DNA of 64,000 nt from a virus (IMGVR_UViG_3300019886_000067:1-64000); one strand, 5' to 3'. Shown: positions 57,175-63,516, numbered from the stretch's first letter. A program made the numbers and translations. Notes: a model not told the origin generated them from the sequence alone.

Positions 57175-57384
57175 ATGAGCAACGTACAGGCCCTAGTAGG
57201 CAAGCCACTCACATTCTACGCCCGAGGCAAGAAGCGCAACATAGGCACGATCACGGATGTATCTGTCGTAGACAACGGCGTCCGATTCGCCGCAACCGTG
57301 ACTGACAGCGAGGTAGCCAAGCTTCTAGGCGTTGATCCTCCTGTTGAGATAAGCGGTGGTGCTGGCGATGTCTCAAGCACCTAA
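57175..57384 (+). CDS. Hypothetical protein
   Basis: TGG-TACAGT-N6-ATG. Confidence 0.7.
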   Translation: MSNVQALVGKPLTFYARGKKRNIGTITDVSVVDNGVRFAATVTDSEVAKLLGVDPPVEISGGAGDVSST

Positions 57385-57979
57385 ACTTGATCCTGCAAGT
57401 ACGTGGCTTGTATCTGACACGCACTTTGGGCACGAAAACATCGTCGGCTTCGCCCGCCGCCCGCACGACCATGAGCAAGTCATTATGGAGGAATGGGCAC
57501 AAACTGTTCCCGACGACGGAACGGTACTGCATCTAGGCGACTTGTCTTATAGAAATAACTCGTTCTTCAAGAACATGATCGCCAAGCACTTGACTGGCGC
57601 TCAGAAGCTCTTGATCCAAGGCAACCATGATCGTCAGCGGCCGAACTTCTATCGTGATAGCGGCTTCAAGATCGTTAAGCCTTTTGAGATTCGCTATGTC
57701 ACGCCGAAGGCTGGTGTCTGGACAGTCTCGTTCTCTCACTATCCCCTAAAGAAGTCAGCACATCCGCTTGCATCAGCAGGCGGCCTAAGACGCGTTCATA
57801 TACACGGCCACATTCACAATAACGGGTATGGCGGCAAGAATTCTCCGTTTGTTCCGTTCAGCGCAGGGCAAATCAACATCAGCGTTGAGCAGATGCACTA
57901 TCGCCCCTGCAAACTAGACGACCTTCTCAACGGCTACATAGAAGGTTGCTACGAGCCTCCGAAGGTCGAGGACAAGTGA
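57368..57979 (+). CDS. Calcineurin-like metallophosphoesterase
   Basis: SDTHFGH, HLGD, GNHD, SHYP, HGHIH. Confidence 0.93.
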   Translation: MSQAPKLDPASTWLVSDTHFGHENIVGFARRPHDHEQVIMEEWAQTVPDDGTVLHLGDLSYRNNSFFKNMIAKHLTGAQKLLIQGNHDRQRPNFYRDSGFKIVKPFEIRYVTPKAGVWTVSFSHYPLKKSAHPLASAGGLRRVHIHGHIHNNGYGGKNSPFVPFSAGQINISVEQMHYRPCKLDDLLNGYIEGCYEPPKVEDK

Positions 57980-58326
57980 ACCTGCCGCCGCTCTATCATT
58001 GGTCGCCCAGCGAGCGCCGCGTCGAAATACTGCAAGATGGGCTCAAGGTGTTCTCTGAGCCAGTCGTTCATGGAGCCGGCCGCGCTCCGTATCTGTGCTT
58101 TGGAACGTGCCCGCGCCAAGCATGGAGTCTATCTGGCGATTTGGATTGGGTGTCAGAAAAAGAGGAATGGGACCTCTGGCAAATCATCCTCTCAAAAGAC
58201 GATGATGTGCATATCAGGATGGAGAGTGGCACATATATTTACGAGGTACGAACGTTCAACTCAATTCCGGCTGATCGTGTGTGGCTTGTTGCGCAACGTG
58301 AGCCGGCGGTCTTCATCGAGCGGTAG
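57976..58326 (+). CDS. Putative ADP-ribosyltransferase/Tpt1(KptA)-like fold protein
   Basis: LYHWS...ILQDGLK..YLCF..IPADRV resembles ART-fold H-S/T motif proteins. Confidence 0.5.
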   Translation: MNLPPLYHWSPSERRVEILQDGLKVFSEPVVHGAGRAPYLCFGTCPRQAWSLSGDLDWVSEKEEWDLWQIILSKDDDVHIRMESGTYIYEVRTFNSIPADRVWLVAQREPAVFIER

Positions 58327-58404
58327 AATGGACAGAATACTTGCGTTTGCGCTACCTTTTTGCCCATACTGCAACTACATCCCGAGCTTCAAGTAACCGC
58401 TGCT

Positions 58405-58734
58405 ATGCCCCGCGAAAAAGTTCTGACTGTTCGTATTTCTGATTGTGAGATTCAGACGTTCAAAGCCACCGGCAAAGGTGGGCAGAACCGAGACAAACGC
58501 GATACGGCCGTTCGTATAATCCACCATCAGTCCGGGGCGCGTGGTGAATCACGTGAAGAGCGTGACCAGCTTTCCAACAAGCGCAAAGCCTTTGTCCGCA
58601 TGGCGAACTCAAAGGCATTCAAGGACTGGCTTACAAGAGAGCATAGCCGTCGTATAGCCGACGTAGATGCCTGGCTTGATGAGCAGATGAAGCCAGAGAA
58701 CCTTGATGTTGAGTATGGCTCGGATACCAACTAG
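58405..58734 (+). CDS. Stand-alone RF-1 (GGQ) domain peptidyl-tRNA hydrolase, ArfB/PrfH-like
   Basis: TFKATGKGGQNRDKRDTAVRIIH..SREERDQLSNKRKAF. Confidence 0.9.
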   Translation: MPREKVLTVRISDCEIQTFKATGKGGQNRDKRDTAVRIIHHQSGARGESREERDQLSNKRKAFVRMANSKAFKDWLTREHSRRIADVDAWLDEQMKPENLDVEYGSDTN

Positions 58735-58975
58735 CTCAAACAACATGCGTGTGTTTAGCGAAGCGCACAAACACAATAACCACTGGCTAGTTGAAGCTGA
58801 ATGGCACGGCAAAATGCGGATTGTCCACAGTGGCCTTGACATCTACGCTGTACTTCGCTGGGCGACCCAGCATGGCTACCACGAGAAAAGCCCTGCCTAA
58901 AAGAGCAATTCTGCAACATAGTTGCAACAAAGCTAAATTAGACAGGACCGCAATGGACACCCGTCTTTCCAACGA

Positions 58976-59048
58976 TGCAACCTGTAGGAATCGAACCTAC
59001 GACGCCCGGCTTTTCAGGCCGGCGCTCTACCGTCTGAGCTAAGGTTGC
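58976..59048 (-). tRNA. tRNA-Phe(GAA)
   Basis: Canonical cloverleaf. Confidence 0.95.
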
Positions 59049-59053
59049 TTGTA

Positions 59054-59125
59054 AGCGCGTGACGAGATTCGAACTCGTTCTTCTTGGTTGGAAGCCAAGT
59101 GTGCCGCCATGAACACTTCACACGC
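59054..59125 (-). tRNA. tRNA-Gly(TCC)
   Basis: CTTGG-CTTCCAA-CCAAG. Confidence 0.92.
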
Positions 59126-59200
59126 GAAAGGCCGGGCTCTCACCGGACTACAAGCGACCACGCTTGCCTTATGGGTCGGTACTTCCCGACAGTAACTTAA

Positions 59201-59272
59201 AGCTCTCACCGAGAATCGAACTCGATACTGACGATTACGAAACGTCCGTGTCACCAACAACACCTTGAGAGC
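59201..59272 (-). tRNA. tRNA-Thr(CGT)
   Basis: Loop TTCGTAA. Confidence 0.9.
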
Positions 59273-59275
59273 ACA

Positions 59276-59342
59276 AGCCCCATATCGGAATCGAACCGAT
59301 TCTAGCTGATTACAAAACAGCCGCCAGACCATCAGATAGGGC
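59276..59342 (-). tRNA. tRNA-Thr(TGT), reduced D arm
   Basis: Loop TTTGTAA; 67 nt. Confidence 0.8.
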
Positions 59343-59431
59343 GTATCCACAGGCTGCCTACTTCTCCTGCTAAGAGGGTCGGCATTTAAAAGGATGTCCA
59401 AAGCAATAAGGACAAGCATTCACCTGTTAGA

Positions 59432-59503
59432 AGCTGATGACGAGAGTCGAACTCGTAACCCCTCCCATACCAAGGGAGTGCTATACCGTTAAGCCACACC
59501 AGC
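59432..59503 (-). tRNA. tRNA-Thr(GGT)
   Basis: CTCCC-TTGGTAT-GGGAG. Confidence 0.93.
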
Positions 59504-59584
59504 GGGCGTGGCGCTCTAACCAGATTTGAGCTACACCCGAGCAAAGCTCGCGCGGTGGGCTTCGATCCCACAACCTCCACTAAG
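59504..59584 (-). ncRNA. Circularly permuted, anticodon-less tRNA-like RNA
   Basis: Order is T arm, acceptor stem closed by a TTT loop, then D arm; ends GTGG/CCAC pair. Confidence 0.8.
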
Positions 59585-59657
59585 TACCCCCGCAAGGAAT
59601 CGAACCTTGTTCGCTGGCTTAAGAGGCCAGTGCTCATCCTGTTAAAGCTTCGGAGGC
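59585..59657 (-). tRNA. tRNA-Lys(CTT)
   Basis: CTGGC-CTCTTAA-GCCAG. Confidence 0.92.
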
Positions 59658-59663
59658 TTGTAG

Positions 59664-59755
59664 TGCGCCTGATGGGACTCGAACCCACATCCGTTGGTGT
59701 GAAAAACCAATGCTGGGGACAACTCAGTTGCCTCTACCATTTCAGCTACAGACGC
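59664..59755 (-). tRNA. tRNA-Glu(TTC) with hairpin insertion in the D loop
   Basis: TTGGT-TTTTCAC-ACCAA; 92 nt. Confidence 0.8.
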
Positions 59756-59761
59756 TTAAAG

Positions 59762-59835
59762 TGCCCCCTCTGGGATTCGAACCCAGTTCTCACCGCTTAA
59801 AAGGCGGGGTTCTAACACACATGAACTAAGGAGGC
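59762..59835 (-). tRNA. tRNA-Lys(TTT)
   Basis: Loop CTTTTAA. Confidence 0.92.
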
Positions 59836-59840
59836 GTGCA

Positions 59841-59913
59841 AGCAACAGACGGGATTCGAACCCGCAACCTTCGACATGGCAAGCCGACGCACTACCGAAC
59901 GTGCTCCTGTTGC
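59841..59913 (-). tRNA. tRNA-Gly(GCC)
   Basis: TCGGC-TTGCCAT-GTCGA. Confidence 0.92.
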
Positions 59914-59918
59914 GTAAG

Positions 59919-59992
59919 TACGCCCCCAAGGATTTGAACCTTGAACCAACACCTTATAAGGATGCTGCTCTAACCAATTGAGCTAGAGGCGC
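59919..59992 (-). tRNA. tRNA-Ile(TAT)
   Basis: GCATC-CTTATAA-GGTGT; canonical D and T arms. Confidence 0.9.
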
Positions 59993-59997
59993 GAGAG

Positions 59998-60072
59998 TGG
60001 ATCGAGAAGGATTTGAACCTTCGACAGTTCGCGTATCAGACGAATGCTCTAACCTGACTGAGCTACCGATCC
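59998..60072 (-). tRNA. tRNA-Ile(GAT)
   Basis: Loop CTGATAC. Confidence 0.93.
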
Positions 60073-60077
60073 ATGAG

Positions 60078-60151
60078 TGGACAATCTCGGACTCGAACCG
60101 AGGACTTCCGCCTTGTAAAAGCGGCGCTCTAACCAACTGAGCTAATCGTCC
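60078..60151 (-). tRNA. tRNA-Val(TAC)
   Basis: Loop TTTACAA. Confidence 0.94.
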
Positions 60152-60155
60152 ATAA

Positions 60156-60224
60156 ACGGGAAGGCTGGACTCGGACCAGCATCTACCGGCCCCACGCCGG
60201 CCGCTCTAATTGAGCTACCTCCCT
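60156..60224 (-). tRNA. Degenerate tRNA-like gene (Pro TGG-like loop CGTGGGG)
   Basis: All stems pair, but no U33, no D-loop GG, T loop TCCGAGT and a 1:72 mismatch. Confidence 0.6.
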
Positions 60225-60226
60225 AG

Positions 60227-60299
60227 TGGTCAATGCTGGACTCGAACCAGCGACTTCGGCGATGTCACCGCCGCGCTCTCCCAACTGAGCTAATCGACC
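60227..60299 (-). tRNA. tRNA-Val(GAC)
   Basis: CGGCG-GTGACAT-CGCCG. Confidence 0.92.
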
Positions 60300-60305
60300 A
60301 AGAAG

Positions 60306-60378
60306 TGGAGAAGATGGGATTCGAACCCACGACATCCTGCTTGCAAAACAGGCGCTCTACCAACTGAGCTACATCCCC
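60306..60378 (-). tRNA. tRNA-Ala(TGC)
   Basis: G3:U70; canonical. Confidence 0.95.
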
Positions 60379-60505
60379 TTGGAGCGCCAGGCATTACCCG
60401 TGGCGCGTGGTACGGTCAGAGTAGAGGCTGGGACTGGACCGATAGGGCCAGGAGCGTTCTCAAACCGTGAGTAGAACTCTAGCACATCTACGCGACACAT
60501 GCTGA

Positions 60506-60721
60506 CTAGCGCACGCGAGTGATCCTGTTCTTGAATGGTTCGTATGAATTGAGTATCTTGGACTCTTCAGGATCGGATGTTTCGTAGGCATGGCCGGGGC
60601 TCATTTTAGCCGCCATGACTTTGCCGTTTGGCTCTGCGGCCATCAACAGCGTTTCGCCGCCGGCCAACGGCAGATAGGCCGGCGGTTCATGTTTGAGGTT
60701 GGCGAACAACAGCGCTAGCAT
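60506..60721 (-). CDS. Small protein with a YETSDP motif
   Basis: TAATG-coupled. Confidence 0.65.
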   Translation of the reverse strand: MLALLFANLKHEPPAYLPLAGGETLLMAAEPNGKVMAAKMSPGHAYETSDPEESKILNSYEPFKNRITRVR

Positions 60722-61581
60722 TAGTCGCCTAGTCTAATGGCCTGCAAGCTAAAGAACGCCTGTGCTCCCGCTCCGTTGACGTATTCTACGCGAACCCAGC
60801 GGGTACTTGGGCGATGAATTATCTCGCCGTAGAATTCACATCCAGTAGCTTTCGCAAGTTCGACTGTCTTTACCTTCTTGAAGGTTATGTTGTCACGGCT
60901 GACTTCTAGAAAGATAGTTCCGATAACATCGGCTGTTGCGCTGACACGGAACTCGTATTGCCCGAGGCTTCCGTTTGAGAAGCCCGTCGCTGTGGCAGTT
61001 GTGGTCAAATCAATAGAGGCTGACTGAACTTTGGCGGCAGAGCCGAGTGTAGTAGAGGAAAGATCGGTCCACTGACCCGGAGCAAATGTGCCACCGACGA
61101 TAGTTCCAGAAGCAGCGAACACCACTCCGACAACTGTCTCATAATTGGACGCACCCTGCGCCACCGATACTTCTACTGTGCCAGATGTGTAAGCCGTGCA
61201 GTGAACGCGAATGTGCGTGGAACCTGCCGGAATCGCTGCCTCCCATGCCACAGTGCTGTTCGTGGCTGCGGAAAGCGGAGTCGTGGTCGGAGAACCAGAA
61301 GCTACGTTAGCGCCTTGAAATCCCATCCATGTTGTGCCGCCGTCATGGCTTGCTTCGCAAATAGCCGTAACACCAGCGTATACACCTTTGAAGTAGAAGA
61401 CACACATAGTTTGTCCTGCTTCTACAGGCGCTATGACTTCTGCGCCGGCACCTGCTGTGCCGGTCAGCGTGCCGTTTACTACGCTATCAGCCTGCTTAGA
61501 TGTCTGCTGTATAAGCTGATTCGAGGCGTTTTCGTTGAAGAGAACGAGTTGCCCCGAGGGCAGTAGGACTGTTGCAGACAT
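60721..61581 (-). CDS. Beta-rich putative virion decoration protein
   Basis: EASHDGGTTW, HIRV, LEVSRD..RWVRVEYVNG jelly-roll-like motifs. Confidence 0.7.
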   Translation of the reverse strand: MSATVLLPSGQLVLFNENASNQLIQQTSKQADSVVNGTLTGTAGAGAEVIAPVEAGQTMCVFYFKGVYAGVTAICEASHDGGTTWMGFQGANVASGSPTTTPLSAATNSTVAWEAAIPAGSTHIRVHCTAYTSGTVEVSVAQGASNYETVVGVVFAASGTIVGGTFAPGQWTDLSSTTLGSAAKVQSASIDLTTTATATGFSNGSLGQYEFRVSATADVIGTIFLEVSRDNITFKKVKTVELAKATGCEFYGEIIHRPSTRWVRVEYVNGAGAQAFFSLQAIRLGD

Positions 61582-61600
61582 TGTAACCTACTATACCTGG

Positions 61601-62617
61601 CTATTCGACTTTCACAACAACCCCAGGAAAGTCGTTTTCCAGTACCTTGATTGTCTGTGGGTCTTCCGTTTCATACGGGGTTCCAGAGTTTAGAACTGCT
61701 GTCACTAGTTGACCGTTTGCAGCCTTGACTTTCTCAATCGTCAGTTTCGTGCCGCTTTTGGTCGGTTCAAACAGCGCTGCGGCTACGGTGTAGGAGAATG
61801 TAGCCGTTGTGGTGCCGCCAGAGTTGTTTTCGGCCGTGACTTTGATGCTGTAGCTTCCAGTCGTTGTAAGCGAGCCCGTGATAAGGCCAGTAATGTTGTT
61901 GATGGTGAGACCAGGAGGCAAGCCACTCGCGCTGTAAAATACAGCGCGAGTGGCAATAATCTGGATTGAAACTTTGCTCCCGGTGGCTTTTTTCTGCGTC
62001 CCTGGGTTCGTAACTTCTGGTGCAGCTTCTTCAGCTTGTTCAGCGGCCATGAAGTTCGTAAATAGCGGGTAGGAGCCTTGGCCGTCAGAGCCAACGAATC
62101 CGGCAGTGAATGGCGTGTTCGGGTCTTTCGCGTTCAAAACGAGAACCCACGAGCCGGAACCTTCAGGCCGGCGGTAAGCTTCTAGTTTGTTGCCCTGCTT
62201 CCAAAGTGCGAATTCATCACCAGCGGCCGGACTTATAGAGCCAGAAAGGCCAATGCTTGATTCAACGCCGCTTTCAACACGGAATATACCAATTAGGAGA
62301 GTAGATGACGTGTTGTGGTAAAACTGGACTCGATAGCCTGAGTGCGTCGTGTTGTTGTAGCAAAGCCACAAGCATCCGAATCGTTCGGCAATATCCGAGC
62401 CGAGTGACCGCTTGATCGTCACAGCATGGTTGTTTTTGAATTCTTTAGCGTTCCAGTAAGACCCAGAAGACAACCCAAAACCCGAGTATGACATTCCGCC
62501 GGCCGCACTTTTCAGAGCACCCGTAGCCCATGTCATCTTACTCCAATTTGCTTTTTCATACCAAGTAGTTTCGGCATGTTGAAGGTTGTCTTGGAGCGTA
62601 AGTTCTTCTAGGAACAC
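61601..62617 (-). CDS. Lectin-like plus putative Ig (He_PIG) domain virion protein
   Basis: VTNPGTQ..YSASGLPPGLTINNITGLITG. Confidence 0.8.
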   Translation of the reverse strand: MFLEELTLQDNLQHAETTWYEKANWSKMTWATGALKSAAGGMSYSGFGLSSGSYWNAKEFKNNHAVTIKRSLGSDIAERFGCLWLCYNNTTHSGYRVQFYHNTSSTLLIGIFRVESGVESSIGLSGSISPAAGDEFALWKQGNKLEAYRRPEGSGSWVLVLNAKDPNTPFTAGFVGSDGQGSYPLFTNFMAAEQAEEAAPEVTNPGTQKKATGSKVSIQIIATRAVFYSASGLPPGLTINNITGLITGSLTTTGSYSIKVTAENNSGGTTTATFSYTVAAALFEPTKSGTKLTIEKVKAANGQLVTAVLNSGTPYETEDPQTIKVLENDFPGVVVKVE

Positions 62618-62655
62618 TCACCAATTCTGCCACAGCAACCGGCTTTCAGCCGTGC

Positions 62656-62704
62656 GACAATATCGTCACATACGCCCGATTCGAACGAATGTGACGATAT
62701 TGTC
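62656..62704. terminator. 16-bp perfect inverted repeat directly 3' of the RNase P RNA
   Basis: GACAATATCGTCACAT-N17-ATGTGACGATATTGTC. Confidence 0.7.
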
Positions 62705-62710
62705 ACAAAT

Positions 62711-63064
62711 GGGGTCCAGCCTGTAGCCGGGGTTCTGTTCCCAGGACGACAAACCCCTGGGCGACCACGATCTTTCTTACCGGGCTGACTAATTCCCGGC
62801 AGCCGTCCTATGACGTGCCGCTCCAAACCTTGATCGCCCCCGCTATGCTTCGGGCGTCTGTTCTTGGATCGCACCCAGCCTTGGCAACTCGCGCGTGCGC
62901 GCGTCTCGCGGTTCAAGCGTCCCGTGCTACTGTCCGCATCGCTCTCGCAACTTGGCCCCAACAAGGACTCCCGCCGGCCGGTGACGACGAGGTTAGCCCT
63001 CGTCGGGGTGCCCCGAACTTCCTCTCGCGTCCTTCAACCGCGAGCCGCAGTCCGGCTGGCCCAC
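62711..63064 (-). ncRNA. rnpB: RNase P RNA (type A-like)
   Basis: CR-I GAGGAAGTTCGGGGCAC, CR-V AACAGAACCCCGGCTAC; P1, P2, P3, P4, P5/P7, P8, P18 and P19 pair. Confidence 0.92.
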
Positions 63065-63068
63065 TAAA

Positions 63069-63180
63069 ACGAAGAGAGGGATTCGAGCCCTCTACTGCCA
63101 ACATCGCAGCCACCATACCTTGCTCCGCTCCGAAGGTTTCTGTACTTGGAGTCGTTAGACGATAATCCGTGTTGAAACCT
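63069..63180 (-). ncRNA. Unassigned structured RNA: hairpin plus D-stem-less tRNA mimic
   Basis: AGGTTTC/GAAACCT stem; GCGGAG/CTTCGT acceptor-like stem; AGAGGG-CTCGAAT-CCCTCT T arm. Confidence 0.55.
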
Positions 63181-63187
63181 ACAAACA

Positions 63188-63267
63188 TGGAGAAGGAGGG
63201 ATTCGAACCCTCGTCTTACCGCTGCGCCATTAGCGCGTTACACGGCAATCGACACCAAGCCTTCCCC
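63188..63267 (-). ncRNA. ssrA: Minimal tmRNA (tRNA-like domain only)
   Basis: GGGGAAG/CTTCTCC-A with G3:U; stemless D loop ending TCGA; P2 TTGCCG/CGGTAA; GAC; GAGGG-TTCGAAT-CCCTC. Confidence 0.85.
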
Positions 63268-63275
63268 GTCTTCAA

Positions 63276-63284
63276 ACCATATCA
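63276..63284 (-). promoter_or_regulatory. Extended -10 (TG-A-TATGGT) 8 nt upstream of the mini-tmRNA
   Basis: Same TGn-TAnnnT form as the boxes in front of the three tRNA arrays. Confidence 0.6.
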
Positions 63285-63455
63285 CGTATAGCGCTCCGGC
63301 GTCTTGGTCGGCCCAAGCAGCCATATCAAGAACTTGTAAAGCAGGTAGAGCCCAATCGCAACACCCAGCACTTCGCCTAGCGCCACGGCCGTTCCTTCGC
63401 CGCCGCCGGACGCGAATCCAACAACTATCAGTAGCAATGCGATAAGAAGTATCAT
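63282..63455 (-). CDS. 57-aa two-TM membrane protein (MILLIALLLIVVGF...)
   Basis: Translated by hand; leaderless after TTGACA-N17-TAGGGT-N6-ATG. Confidence 0.7.
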   Translation of the reverse strand: MILLIALLLIVVGFASGGGEGTAVALGEVLGVAIGLYLLYKFLIWLLGPTKTPERYT

Positions 63456-63461
63456 GCAAGC

Positions 63462-63490
63462 ACCCTAGCAAACCCAGGGAAGCTTGTCAA
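63462..63490 (-). promoter_or_regulatory. Promoter TTGACA-N17-TAGGGT
   Basis: Same hexamers as the promoter at 2439..2467. Confidence 0.75.
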
Positions 63491-63516
63491 GCGCTACGGA
63501 CCAACTTCCTCGCCAC

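Noticed and set aside
59432-59460. Hammerhead ribozyme core (CTGATGA on the + strand)
   Set aside because: It is the reverse complement of the tRNA-Thr(GGT) 3' end, and there is no matching GAAA core
59504-59584. Canonical Y RNA / Ro60 system
   Set aside because: No extended Ro-binding stem and no TROVE gene in the window; kept only as a permuted tRNA mimic
63069-63187. Coding piece of a two-piece tmRNA
   Set aside because: The TLD closes its own P2 helix; I found no resume context, Ala-Ala tag end or pseudoknots. A piece outside the window cannot be excluded
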